Shown one piece after another: positions 1 through 15,091 of a stretch of 64,000 nucleotides of DNA. Position 1 is the first letter of the stretch. Each line of letters begins with the position of its first letter. A program made the translations under genes and the position numbers. The notes beneath the pieces were generated by a model, which saw only the letters and a program-made list of their open reading frames with translations, was not told the DNA's origin and ran no database searches. Source of the stretch: the human T2T-CHM13v2.0 reference genome, Homo sapiens. The stretch is from the NCBI RefSeq assembly GCF_009914755.1, contig NC_060927.1; one strand, 5' to 3'.

Positions 1-176
1 CCATTGTTTAGATGGGATGCACAGCTTCCAGCAGGTTTAAATCATTGAAGGGATTTTAAAAACTGGCACTTTCCAGAAATCTGGCTGCACATTCCTCAGC
101 AGGAGTAAGTGTCAATACAGATTATGTCTACACACTTGTGTATACCAGTACATCTATTTCAGGACACGCTTTCCAT

Positions 177-490
177 CAGGGTTGCAAACTCAAATGCCCA
201 TAGGGGCCAGGCAGTTGCTTCAATGGATTCAATGGATGAAGCAGGCAGGGACTCAAACACTAGGGAGTGGGTGGGAATGCATCCCTAACAGACAGCTTTG
301 ACAAGCCCCATCTAAATGGGCACTTGACCCCAGCATGGGAGAGGGGCTGGTGTTACTACATCTTTTGGTTTGTTACAAGAAGTCAGGAATCTGGGCTCTG
401 CATAGGAAACCTCAGTAAATAAATGCCAGTGATCATCCAAATACCTTATTTAGAATACCATACAAGTTAGCATGTAGTTGTGGCCTGAAT
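177..490 (+). mobile_element. Old hAT-type DNA transposon remnant (MER102-like)
   Basis: Begins with cagggttgcaaactcaaatgcc...ggggccaggcag, a hAT-Charlie-like terminus. The 3' boundary is approximate. Confidence 0.45.
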
Positions 491-1734
491 ACCTCTGTCT
501 ACACCTATGTCTACACATACAGCAAGAATGACTGTTTAAATTTAGCCACTATGTTTCCAGGCCCCTCTGCCTTACACATTCTCAAGCTAGTTTATGAGGC
601 ACCCCAACGAGCTTACAAACAGTCACATCCACTTAGATGAATGGCCTGAGTCAGGGAGGAACCTGCCAATCTGGGCAGTGATTGGCAACCAGGTGCCACA
701 TGGCTGGAGTCAGATCTGAAAGGGCATCACTCCAGCTGGAAGGAAGTAGGTCAGTGGCCTAGTTCCACAGGTCTGCATACCAACCTGCTCCCATTCCATT
801 GTACTTTTCCCTTCTGGACAGATGAAACCATCGAGGCCTATGTCCAGTTACCAGACAGAAACTGAGAGGACCCACTAAGGGAGCGTGTGGATGAGGTTCA
901 CGCTAGCAGCATGGTTCTTTAAAGGAAGCTCATCCACGTCCAGCGTGCCCTACCTGTTCAGACACAGGTTGCAACAGATAGAAGCAAAGCCCTTCTAAAA
1001 GAATCTGGCCTTTTTCATATATTTTTATTAAACTTGAATACTCACCAGAATGGGGCAGGGGGAGAGGGGTTTGGATATCATGTCTTTCTCTTTCACCCTA
1101 CTCAAGATCATAGTGAAATTTCAACATTTGCAAGTATAGAATCTATACAGTATACTTACAACTATGCAAGTATAGAATCAGCCAGAGACAAGTGTAGACA
1201 CGTTCAGAGAGAAGAACCTCAAATGACTCATTCTTCCAGTTTTCTCAAACTGATTTCAGCTTTGAGGAAAGAGGCTTCATTCATACACACCACACATCAG
1301 ATAGTGCCAGGCCTCATGGAACCCTTCACGGGTTGATGCCTCTAAACAACGCTTCCCTGCCGAGGAATGTGAATGTTGCCAGCCTTGGGGACGGAACCCC
1401 AGCACAGAAATAGACTCCTTCTAAGATTTCAATCTTAGTGACTGACAGACACCTCCTAGTCTATCAGGAGATCTTTATCCCCTGACCAGGGTGAAGGATT
1501 CCCACTGCTTCCTTTCCCCTTACACACACCTCTCTGAACAGCTTCCACAAAGAAATGTACAAAATCCTGCTCCATTAAGTCTGCGAAAACAGTATGGGCA
1601 CTAAATGCTTTCCTCATTCTGCAAAGAAAGGCTGTTGACTGGTAAGGTTTAAGCAATACTTAAGAAAGAAATTCTGGTACCTCTCCCAAAAGACAAACTG
1701 TACCTATAATAATATCCCTGGACAATTAATGGAA

Positions 1735-1975
1735 CATAGCAAAGACTACACAGTGGTTAAGATCACTGGTATTAAGAGCACTGGCTCATGGGTTAGGGTC
1801 TGTTGTTATTGACCTGTGAACTTGGGTAAATGATTTAATTTCTCCAAGCAGCAATGTCCTCATATGTAAACTAGTAGGTAATAATGGTACCCGCAAAAAG
1901 GAGTTTTCCTTAAGAATAAAATGGGACGCATTCAAGAACACTTTGCAAAATACCTTAACTAGTAGGTAATGGTGG
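1735..1975 (+). mobile_element. MIR
   Basis: cagtggttaaga...tgtgaacttgggtaaatgatttaa...cctcatatgtaaa...ataatggtacc resembles the MIR core. Confidence 0.7.
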
Positions 1976-2489
1976 TAGTGTCTACAACAAAGATAATTCC
2001 TGTCGGCTGCTTTACTGTCCCCAGCTAAGATGCCTATTCCAAACTTCTCTGTTTTGAATACCAAATTACCATTGCCACAATTTCAGAACCAAATCACTGG
2101 CAAGTAAGAATCCTTAGAAACCTGCTTAGCAAACTTTGACCTGGGAATGCCGGCACACGTCTTTTTCATGGAGGACACTTGCAACTGTACAACTTAGTAA
2201 GGCGTGGGCATGCAAAGTTTATTAGCTAATGTCAAACCCTAGCTCCAATGAAATCAAAGAACAAAATGCGTGTTATGACCAGACCTAACCCCAAACTGGT
2301 TTTTGGTTCAGAAACAGAATGCCTGCCAATTCGGGGAAACTACATAGAAACAGTAATCAAACAATATTATATGATCATATTCATTGTCATTATTAAATTT
2401 TGGTAATAAAAACAGGGTAGAAATATAGAAAGAGCAAAAAATTGATGTGTTTTACTTGGGTCAAGGTTTTTCTTAATTGCAAAAATAGA

Positions 2490-2640
2490 GCAGGGCCCAA
2501 ATTATAGGAGGCAAGCAAGGTGCCTAGGGTGCAAAATTTAGGGAGGCACTAGCTCTCAGGATCGTCCAAGTTCAAGATCAGCATTGACAGCAAATGCCTC
2601 CTTAAATTTTCCACCCTAAACACCCTCTGTGGCTCCCCTT
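2490..2640. mobile_element. Short DNA transposon (MER91-like MITE)
   Basis: gcctagggtgcaaaatttagggaggca...tgcctccttaaatttt forms an internal inverted structure. Confidence 0.5.
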
Positions 2641-5600
2641 AATCCGGTGTTAAAAGAAGTGAAATGTAATTTTCATGCATTTGTGTGTGTGTGGCAGTAA
2701 CCTGCAAGGAGGCTCCAAGATGTACACTGATGGGCAACATTACAACACATCTTTCCTTTAAAACCCAGAATTTCATGGCTGGGAGCAGCCCAGGCAAAGG
2801 ACTATTTCCTAGAACCTTACCAAGTTCAAAGGCAGCTCTTTGCAACTTTGTGAGGGTTTCCTTTCATCAGCCCTCAACAACCTTTTCTTGTCCTCTCCCA
2901 TACAAACAGGGATTAATTCTACAAGCAGCAGAAAATCCTATTCTCAGATATAATTTTTGCCCATGTAAACCCTATGGAAGAAAGGGGTGCAATGTAAAAT
3001 GAATAGGGGTCACTTACTGATCATGCAATCTGACCACTCGAATTGAGGAATTCTTTTTTAAGGGGCTGTTTATAAATGAATCATTGTTTCATTAGATAAA
3101 TATTCACAAAGTTTATTTTTAGAAAAGCTAAACCATAACAAAGTATAACTAAATACAATCTCACATAGGTCTATGAAATACGAGGTAAATAAAAGTTTAA
3201 AAAATCTCAGAGAGGTGACTTCAGTCATAAGGCATGAAATTTCTTTCCCAACATGTCTACGAATTGAGCATTAAAAAGGAAAAGGGGCTTTATAAACATA
3301 AGTCCTTTAAAATTTCCTTCTGAAGTTTTCCACTTTAACCTCACAAAGCCTCATTTACAAATAAACAGGTTTCTAAATACATAAGACATTAGAAGAGGTA
3401 GGTGGAAGACAAAGAAAAATCACACCTGCGTATTAGAGTCAATGTGTTTATGTTCCTAATTTCAATGATTTAACTGAAACTACTTTGGTTAGAAATGCTA
3501 AACAAATAGATTCACAACTAAAAAACTACAGGTGTTTCTGTACCTCCATGCTGGCAATTTTTAGATGTACTTCACCTGCTATCAGAACAGAAACTCTACA
3601 TACTGATAAGGAATGGGACGACAATGAACTTCGCCCTCCCCAGCTCAACCTTCTTCATAACTTCACTGCAGAATGACAAGCTCGTTGCCAGTGAATGCCA
3701 CTCTCTAATGCCACAGAAATTTTGATCTCAGCTGTCCGATGCAAATTTGTGTACGATTTTGTATGCATTACCAAGCTACGAAATAAGTCAGTGTGTTAGG
3801 ATGTGTGAACACATGGCTTGCTCTTGTTTCTGAACATAATAGTTCCTAATGTCTAGTGTACTGTGATATTCTTGGTTCACCCTGCCCTTTCTCTTAAAGA
3901 AAGCCTATGTTAATTTCGAACAAAACTGAAGAATGGCATAGGACAAGCTCCTGTCTAAATACTGTTTCTTGTGATGGCATAAAATAAGTAGTAAGTGATA
4001 AGATGAGTTGGTCATTTTTTTAATTTAAAGAGGGAAGAATAAACAATTTTATGGAATATTCTTTTTTTTTTTGAAGACCTAATTATATATACTAAGCAAG
4101 AAGTAATTTCTCCCTCCTGCCTACATTTTATGTTTTGGGCACTTCCATTTCATGTCCCTTGACACCTTTTCCAATAATCCATCTACTTGATATTGGAAAG
4201 CCTCACATGAATAAAACTTTATGGCACTACAGGCGTTTAGCCTTCCACTGACATTCCTGGCCTGTTCAATTCTGCAATTCAATCAAAATCAAATCTCAAA
4301 ATCCTCTTGTCAGCCAGCACTGCTTTCATATGCCTGAGCCTTGTGTAAGGATAACTGCATCCAATCTTCCCCCCAAGCAGTGCTTATATTGTTTTATTAC
4401 AGTTCAATGAGTGGAGTTCAAAATTACATGCAGCTGCCTACTACTGTGGTTGGGCTGTGTTACGCATGGACACAAGTATTGCCCACCAGGCCTGAAATCA
4501 TTCACTTACTGGCCGGCCAGAAAGACTGTGAGCACTTCTTTGTATGGAAGAACATCCTGTCTGCTAGATCTAAAGAGGGTGATGTTAACAGATCAGTCCC
4601 TTTATAAAAGGATTGTGAAAGCCCGATGAAATGCAACTCAAATGTGCTCAATGTTAAGCAAGTGGCTAGAGCACATAAAAGCGAAGATAAACCTCAACAT
4701 GCACTACTTATTCTCAGAAAGCTTGTGAAGGAAGATAAAGAGATCTGGAATAAAAGACATCTTAAAGAATTTTCGTATGTGTTTTAGATGATGAAGCTTC
4801 ATTTAAATGAGTTTTTTTTTTAACACCCCCAGTAATCCTTTCATTGAAACAAAAAGACAAAATACAAAGCCAATTAAATACAATTTAACCTGATGAACAA
4901 TACAGTAATTAAAGTACCAGTAGTCAAATGCTTCGATAGGCTAACATCAGGCAGAGTGACAGTGAAAATAGCTTTAGGGATACACCATATTTTCAACACT
5001 GGGACAAACACATCAAGTGGCCATCCCCTATTTTTAAGCGAAATGAAAAATGTGTAGAAAATACTAGAACCAAAAAGGAAAGCAAACTGGGTCTCATTTG
5101 TGTAGGTGTTAAATTACTTAGTTATTAAACAGGAAAAAGGTCTTGCTAGAAGAACTGTTAAAGCCCCAAATAAAAATGTGTGTGCTAACTCCAGGCTACC
5201 TCTGGGCTAGTAATTCTACAGGTAAAACAATAACTTCCTAGAGTGCAGTGTTTCAAGAAAAAGAAACCTGCCTCTCTCATTTATGAAGACATGCATCTCC
5301 TGTGCAGGTGGCCCCACACTTCTCTGTGACAAAAGTCAGCGCCAGGAGGGTAAAGACGTACATGTCATTGCCAAATATTTACTGGCGACGTCTCTAAAAT
5401 TAATCACTCTCGGAGCCCCCAAAAGGTGAATGTATATCCATTTCTAATACCTACCACTCTGCATCTTTGGAAACAATATCATCAAAAGGAACTTTAAAGG
5501 GATCATGAAAAGCTCTAACATACAGAAACCTCTTTCAGACTACAGAAATTAGTCTCAAGACTAAATACTCAGGAGTTTAATTATTAAGTCAGCCCCCATG

Positions 5601-6194
5601 CCAAGAGGGGGAAATGGAAAGGTATTTATTCTGTTGCAGCTATGTTTATAGGTAACAACCTAGAAAACCAGGTGATTCACGTACAATGATACCTTATTTT
5701 CTAATGACGTGGCAACTCAAAGAGCCAGCAAGGCAAGATAGGGACAATTTGGAACTGGCAAAATAATGAATGAGTTTCTAGACATAATTTTATTTTCTCT
5801 GGGATAAATGATGAGATTCAGGCTTACTGACCCCCAAAGGAGGCTCTTGTTGTATTTTAATATTTGAGAGGGTTGAACTTGGAGGGACAAGGCATACATT
5901 TTTTTACCGAGGATGCTGCTTTGGTCAAGACCTGTCATCCTTTGATGGTCACAGAGCAGGAGTGCCTGCCTCCCTCCCAAGTCAACTGCAGTGAAATGTT
6001 ATTGTTTGATAGCTTTTCAGTTGCTGACAAAATCAGCTGGTGTTCCCAGAAAATGAAATGAATTCCACACACTGGCCTCCCTCCCTTCCTTCCCCTTTCA
6101 CTCAGTGGAGTCCCAATGGATGAAATGAACAAATCTCCAAGGAATTTGAAGACCACTCTTACTACTTACAAGAGTGCTTTCTGGCATCTGTAGA

Positions 6195-6378
6195 AAAATC
6201 AGAAAATCCAACAATATGGCCCAAAGTCCTGACAACAACTGGCTGGAGTGAGGCAGCAACAACAGCTCCCTTTAAATAAAGCCTGTGCTGCCTAGTTCTT
6301 TACTCTTCTCACCCCATCTGCTTAATTCTTTTAAATTAACTGTGTGGCTGCCATAACAATTTGAGTTTCAGCCCCCTG
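6195..6378 (-). mobile_element. Old hAT-type DNA transposon remnant
   Basis: Ends in atttgagtttcagccccctg, close to the reverse complement of the terminus at 177. Confidence 0.4.
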
Positions 6379-7789
6379 TAATACAGCTTACCTCGCATTA
6401 CTTCCAGGACACAAATCCCACAATCCTATTCACACTTGGTGATGTTTGGGCCAGTATCAGGGTATGTCCCCACACTTCCTAATTTCCTAAGAAAATGAAA
6501 TACATATATACACAGCTTCATGATAAATGCCAAGACCAGCCAACTAAACAGACACCAAGAATAAAGCAAGATCCCTTCCCCAAACTCCATCCTACCAATG
6601 TCATTTCATAATGTCTACTAGGCAAAGGAGTACTTGGTCCAATTATCAGATGCAATATTCAAGCTGAATGATATATGCACATGAATATTTTGAGACCTGG
6701 TTACCTTGGCTATCCTAACAGCCAAAGCAGATTTGCAGTGTGATCCCGGCAGCCCTACTGGCCGCATCAAAGGATAGGCTGTAATAGGATTTCAACACAG
6801 GAGCAAACAATGTCTGGTACTGATGGACACATAAAACTCACTGAAGTTTAACTCCTACTTCTTAACAAATAAAACCAAGCCCCTCCCCAACCTGGAGAGC
6901 CTGACCAAACTCACTGAGATTATCAATATCATTTTTGGGATCTGGAATCTTATTCTCGTTGAAGAAATAAACACCATCCCCAAAATGCTGATGACATTTA
7001 GAGTTAAGCCCTCTGATCACACTGCTCTTTCAAAGAGCCCAAGAGTAAAGGGAATTTACAAATATGTACTAAAGTCAGACACCAACATCCTAATAGCTTC
7101 TGCCTTCTAGAGATAAAAATATAAAGTATTTATGGAAAGACTCTCCTCATCCCTTTTTATGCAAAGAGTATCTTACAAACGCATTATGAACCAGACATCT
7201 GTGTCTTAAGACAATGAACACATCAAGTTTTAAGGGGCTGTAACTCTGAAACAGGCCTGGCAGGTATTTCCACCAAACCACCTCTTCTGCTGTCTAATCC
7301 TTTACTAAGCAAATATTTATACTTTAGCAGGAAAATCCTGAGCTAGATTGTTACTTCTCTTACCACCCTCTGCACCCCTTTGTAAGATGTCCCTTCTCCA
7401 GTGACCCTGGAGTTTAGAACTACATTTGCTCTATTTTGTTGCATAACAGCAGCAATAGAAGAGGTAAGAGAAAGTGTCTCTAAAGAATCCTAAAGAACCC
7501 TCCGTCCAGCTGGGAGAACTATACTCCTACAGCGTGATCAGAGCTAGGGTCGCCGGGGCTAATCTAGAATCACTGTGCCTCCACATACACGAGGCACATC
7601 ATCTGTATTTTCACGTTTTGTGAAAATGCTCCTTAATGTTCACAGACGTGGTTACCCACTGAAGCAGGAGCTAAGGCACAGAGAGAGACAGGTGTTCGAT
7701 AGAAAACCACAGAGACAAAAAGCACCCAAAGAGTCGCTTTATAATTTTTATTTGATTTTCAAAAACTCCACAATATAAATGACTGAACC

Positions 7790-7950
7790 TTGAGGTTCCA
7801 AGTGTGGCCTCGACCAGCAGCCTGAACATTATCAAAGATGCAGGGTCCCAGCCTCTACCTTAGACATACTGAACAAGAATCTGCATTTTGACAAGATCTG
7901 CAGCTTGACCTCCATGCACCTCAAGGTATGAGGAGGACTGTGCTCTAGAA
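7790..7950. mobile_element. MER5-family DNA transposon
   Basis: aagtgtgg...accagcagc...gaatctgcattttgacaagatc motifs. Confidence 0.55.
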
Positions 7951-10900
7951 GAACTATGATGCAGCTGCTCTTGATGGGGAGATGGTAGCGAAAGTTCCCT
8001 AACTTTCAGAACATATGTAAAAGTCTGTGGAATACGTGGATTCGAATCATCAAAGCAACTTGTTTTCTTTAAAAAAAACAAACAAAAAAAAAACTGCTTT
8101 CTGAGCGCCATCTCTCTCAGACCCACTGAATTAGAATCACTGGCACTCAGGTAGTCCTAGGGCCCACACCAGTCTGAAAACCACTGAGCAACTTCAAATG
8201 TGCATCTCCTCTGTGCTGCTTCTGGAGCTGGTTTCAATATACTGTTAAACTGATCGACATTTGGTAACTGAATAATCTGCAAAAACTTCAAAAACCATGT
8301 CATAGCTTTGTATATGCCCTAAAGTGAATGAGGCGGGGGCAGTGTTCTGGAATTCTTATGAATGATATACATCTCTTTACAAATAGTCAGTTTTTTAAAA
8401 GGAAATGTGTGCATTCTCGGTAACACATGCATTCACACATGCTTTCAGTGCTAAACTCTTCATAGAAAATGACAGGCGGACGTGGAAATAGCCACACGAG
8501 CACACATCCCCCCCGCCGTCTGAAATACAGAGGCATACATCTGAGAGTACATCCCTACGTATAGACAACTTCAAACAAAAACAGACCAGCTAAAGACGGA
8601 AAGCACCCTCCTTAAATCTAATATTCACTTTGTCTAGGACCAAACCAACTCCAACTAATTTAACAAGCAGCAATAAATAACCCATTATATGTTAGCTTTT
8701 AGTCATTAAACACCCTTCCCTTTTAATTAAAGAAAACTTGGAAACTAGCTCTCAAAGGGGTCCTAAATTTAAATGTTTAAGAAAAGACTGCTTTTGATAC
8801 AAACTGCATAAAACAAATAATGAAAACTCTTAAATGTTGGATGGGGTGGGATTTCAAAGAATTAACTAATTGCAACCTGCGAGAGAAACAAGATACATTT
8901 GCTTCTGGGTACCTCTCCCACGTCATGCTCTTAAAGGCCCAAGTTTCAATTTGGGAGAAGAAGCCCAAATGTTTTTTGTTAATACGAAGAGTCAAAATAT
9001 TTTAAAGGATCACACTTCCAACAGTTGCAATTTCCCTTTTGCAAGTTACCTAAGAAAGAAAAGAGCTATTAGTGATAGTTACGGGTGGGTATGGGGTGAC
9101 AGCCACATGCAAACTGATGCTTGCTTTATCTCCCATTGCAGATCTGCGGGAATATGCAAGAATGGTTTAATAAACACCATCATTCCACTTTTCAGTTTAA
9201 AGTGTTCTTTTTTTGTGCAATTAAGTTATTAAAACACGACTATAATTTGACTACATTAATAACACAATGAAGCAAGCCTTCAGGTAAAGTAACTTGGATG
9301 GACAAAGGGTTTCCAAAAAATCACAGCCAAAAAGTCATGCCAAACCGAGGGAAAGGAGGTAATGTCTGTGGAAAGAATAACAGTTGCCCTTGCTCAGATG
9401 ATTCAAGTATTTGAGGGAGGTAGCAACAGCCCTTCCCTAGCAAAGATATATGGGGCATACTTTTTGAAATCAACAAACAAGTCGCCCTTGCTGTATTGCA
9501 AAGCACAGGGCAGCAGGCACAACAGAGAGAGAGAGAGAGAGGGGACACACAAAAGTCAGGCAAAACAGGAAATTTGAGGAAACTATTTCTGAAATGTAAA
9601 TAAGGGTTTCTGTTACTTTCAATATTGCAGAAGCAAAGAAGCTCCACTAGATGGAAGGTGCCGGGTTTTCTTGTACATCTCATTTTTCAGCACGTGAGAC
9701 CTGATTCACAATGTATGGAGCTGATATTTCATATACATATTGTCAACATCAGAATAAGAACCGAAATTTGTTTTAAATGTTCCCCTTGAGGGTCAGCCCT
9801 TCCTTTTCTCTCCTAGAGACTATGGAAGAAGCCTGTTCCCAACTCCCCTACACACTAGCTTGGGGACTCAGGACAATGTATTTGTCTTCTTCAACATCAC
9901 TTTCTTGTCTGGAAGAGGAGGATAAGAGCAGTTCCTACTCCACAGAAACGTCGTGAGATACCCAAATCACACAGTGACTGAAATCTAGTAAGTGCCAAAT
10001 ATGCTAGGTATTTTTATTACTAACAACGTGGTAATTCTACTATCAAAAGCAACCCATGGAATATCAGAAAGTCAGTTATTGGTAGTTTTTTTTTTTTCTG
10101 TGATATATCTATGTCAACTCATATCAGTGGCTTTATTTTTAAAGAAAGAGTGTTAGCAGGTTATTGCTATAGAAAATGCCCCATATGAAAAAGACTGCCC
10201 TGGTAACTTATCTGAGAGATGTGTCATTTACCCTTAAAGACAGCAGAATACACAAACACGAGTTCTCATGCTAGGATATAAAGATGGGTATTGGAGAGTG
10301 CTGACAGAATGCTGGGCTACTGAAGACAGAGTTTACTCATTCACACATCTCTGCCATGTTCTTAAATGTCTCTGCTAATCCTCACTATGAAACTTAAAAA
10401 AAAAAAGCATCTGAAATCCACAGAAATCAGGGTGAAAGTGACAGTAATAACATATTTATATCATAATATACTTGTGGATGAATACCATTTTCAAAATTAG
10501 CAATCCAATAAAATCAAAGTCAGAAAAGCAAACCTAATGAATTTATGCACACTGGATTTAAGAAAATATGCAGTAGTACTGTACCCACATGATCCTAGAA
10601 CTTCTAGGTAAATTACAATTACTGTGCTATATTGCAATTTTACTATCAATTAGCATGGACCATTTTTCACCAAAAATCAAACAAATCCTCTCTTTCTGCC
10701 AGGTACATACCTAAAATATCCTCGGTAATCACAAAAGAGATCCAAGTCCTTGAGGGGTTGATCCACCTCTCCATCTCTACCCCCATGAAATTAAAGCAAC
10801 AACTTTATCAAAGTAGAAGACCAAAAGGACTCAGGAGTGTGAAACAAGAAAGCATTAATTATGAATTACAGTGCTTTTGCAGATTCGCATTTAGTGCAAA

Positions 10901-13188
10901 TCCCTCTAAAGCATATTTTAGTATACTATGTCTCACACTGCAGCAACTGAGAACTCCTGTACACAAAAATACTAGGGGAAAGGGCTTAACCACTGGGTCA
11001 AAATTTGCAGTTGCTCTGACATGCACAATCAAAGCACTCGAAGAGATATGCCTGGGAAATAGGATTTTATTGATATTTATGGGTAAGTTTGTTTACTACA
11101 AGCCTTAGCCATTTCTTCTCTTTACTTTCTTCCTTTTAGCAAAACACACTCCGCTTCCCAGTGCCCAACATGGGGGCACAGGACAGGGACTATTGTGCTC
11201 CAGGCTTCCTTGCAGCACATCTCAACCAGTATTGGCTACAACTCCAGCACCACGCACCAATTTCAGGAAAATTAGAGTTCAGCCCTTTCTTTCTCTCCAT
11301 TTTCGTAATCTCACAGAGGCACAACTGTTCCAGAAACCAGCTCCCCTACCAGTCAGATATTTACACTAAACCTTTACTAAAGGGCTTGCTATTACAATGC
11401 TATCTCATTGATACAAGATTACTTCACTTCTGGACCACATCAAGCTATATAATACTCCAACAATCAAAAACATTGCCCCTCAAGAAAGATGCAGCCCAGA
11501 TTATTTTCATGTGCTTATGTGAGCAGAATGCCAACATTTTTGTTTAATGCAATGCAAATCTCAAAAAAGAGTTTAACCATGAAAGCAGCATGCAGGCAAA
11601 AATCCTTCCAATGTATACATGTCCACATACACACATTACATAGACACATGTCAAGCTATAAAGAAATCACCCAGGATCAGAACTTTACATACTGTCAATT
11701 TCTCAAGGTGCAACCCCATTTTCAAAAACCCCAAACAAGCATCAGATCAAACGAAATATACATTTTTTTAATTTTGGGAAAGTGTAATATCCCTGTGCTT
11801 GACAAGGTGAAATATTCTGCCTTTTTACTCTGATTTGCAAAATAGGTATGTGAGCAAAATAACAGAATATAGCATTTACCTATCCATTTAGCAAATAATA
11901 TGGAAGACCTACTCTACATCTTTATTCAAATGAAAATACTTTCCCCAGCATTTATTTCTTTAGCTGGTAGAAACCCCACCCTGTAAGGAACACAAGCGTA
12001 AAGCAATCTCTTGCAATGGACCATTTTACTTATTCTGCAATTTCTTACCCAAATTACACAGGTATAATTATTTTGACACTATAATGAAAAGAAAATGGGA
12101 TTTGGGCACCGTAGGTTTATCTAATAACACTATTTCTTGCCAGACTTCACAGCACTGACAGTCACAAAGAACCTTGTCCATTCCAATAGGAAATATTTGA
12201 TTTTACTGTAGGAACATTATTTATTTTCACCAAGTTGCTATTATCAGAAAGGATATGATAGCTGAATAATAAAAATGAAATCAAGAAATTCTGGTGTTTC
12301 AAGGCTTTATTTTTTTTCTGCTCTCACTTTTGACATTTTCTTCCCCTGGAGAGACAAGATAAAGTGCTGTCATAAATGGGTGACTTTTCTTGTCAAATGA
12401 CAGATTTGATTCTCCATGGTAACCACAAATCAAGGTGCTAGTAGGAATTAAAGCTTCTCTTAAAAGGCGTCTTTATGTTTATAAAATGAATTTAAATTAA
12501 ATGGGTATTAGGTACAGTCTTTACCTCAATTTATTTATTGACTGAAGAGCTCTGGATTGCAAGAAGCACATTTGCATTTTTAAGGAAAGATAACATATTG
12601 TCCTGACAGATGTATAAACAAAGCAAGTTACAAGGTCATGCTTCATACACTAGTTCTGAGACCCAAGAAGGGGATACAGATGGACATCTAGCAGTTAAGA
12701 AGTATTTAAATACTGAAAAAGGTGTAAAAATTACCTACAGGGGAACAGATGATGGAGTCTCTCTAGTTCCCTTCCTAACGCAGCTTTTTTTCTATTCAGT
12801 TAATAAAGATTTGTGAAATTGTCACAAAAAGAATGCCAAAAGGCAATCTCCCTCTTCGTCTTGTGTCCCTCATGTAATAGATATGGGGTTGTTGTTTTTT
12901 AAAATCCCTTCATCACAAATAAATATTCCATTCAAAATCATATTATTTTAGCCTCCAAATTCAAATACAGCTAAAATAAAACATTTGCTTCCCAATGTGT
13001 TTAAGAAAGGCAAACACACATGAAAAAGACTATATATCATGATTTCAGAAGAATGAGATAATTAATCAGTGTGTTAAGCTGATTTCAATTTTCATAGGAA
13101 ATGAATGCTGATTTGTTTCTTTTTTTATAGTATTCTTGGCCATTAGAACTTAAGAAGAAAGATTACGTGCCATTGGATCCTAAAATAA

Positions 13189-13453
<265 letters not shown>

Positions 13454-13501
13454 TCCATCTTCTTGATATTAGCAAACCATTTAGCTGGTCTAGAGGAGTA
13501 A

Positions 13502-14048
<547 letters not shown>

Positions 14049-14712
14049 TAAGAGTCTTACATTATACACTGGTAGCTGAGAGAATTCATCATTCTGAGTG
14101 GCAACCATGTAAGCTTAGCAAAATTTGATTGTACACCGTATCTAGCTGAAAGAACAATGTGGAGAATTAAGCCAAATTCCCTTCTTAGAACTGTCTGATG
14201 GTGGTGCCTTTGACTGTCGGGAATAGCTCTGACAAGCTGAAGGGAAAAAAACAACCGGTACAGTTTTACAATAAAGAGATGGGCAATATCATCTAGGAAT
14301 TTGTGACTGAAACCTAAATTCTTAGACGTTTTTGTTTGTTTGGTTGTAGAGAGAGGTTTGAGTTTTATCTTGGGGAAGTTAAAAAGACTTTGTCCATTCT
14401 TGAGTTTCATCAGTACGAGCTATAATAAAATGGTGCCTAAAAGTTATAAATCTCTTTGGAACTCTGTGTACAAAGCATATTATATGGTGGTGTGAGTCAC
14501 ACAGAACTCTCCATTTCAGTCACAATGGCTTTTGTTTCATATTAGAATAAAGTGGGTTGATGATCTTATTCTCATTCCGTGTAAAAAGTCAAACTAACAT
14601 CACGTCTAAAAACACAGATCGACGAATTACCCAGAAACGAGTGTTCAAGGAGATCTCATGCAACATAGTAAGTGTACGGTAGATTCTGCAGGGTTATGAC
14701 ATCAGTTTTAAA

Positions 14713-14780
14713 TGAGCCATGATCGTATCACTGTGTTCCAGCCTGGGCGACAGAATGAGACCCTGTCTCAAAAAATCAAA
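14713..14780 (+). mobile_element. Alu 3'-end fragment, apparently copied from the Alu at 17274-17557
   Basis: Shares the non-consensus atcgtatcact and the downstream unique flank with 17496-17582. Confidence 0.8.
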
Positions 14781-14796
14781 AAGAAGAAAAACAAGA

Positions 14797-15091
14797 GGCC
14801 GGGCGTGGTGGCTCGTGCCTGTAATCCCAGCACTTTGGGAGGCCGAAGCGGGTGGATCACAAGGTCAGGAGTTCAAGACCAGCCTGGCCAAGATGATGAA
14901 ACCCCGTCTCTACTAAAAAAACAAAAATTAGCAGGGCGTGGTGACAGGCGCCTGTAATCCCAGCTACTCAGGAGGCTGAGGCAGAGAACTGCTTGAACCT
15001 GGGAGGCAAAGGGTGCAGTGAGCCAAGATCGCGCCACTGCACTCCAGCCTGGGAAAAAGAGCGAGACTCTGTATCGAAGAAAAAAAAAAAA
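14797..15091 (+). mobile_element. AluS (Sg-like)
   Basis: Full dimer with polyA and TSD aaagaag(a/g)aaaacaag. Confidence 0.93.
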
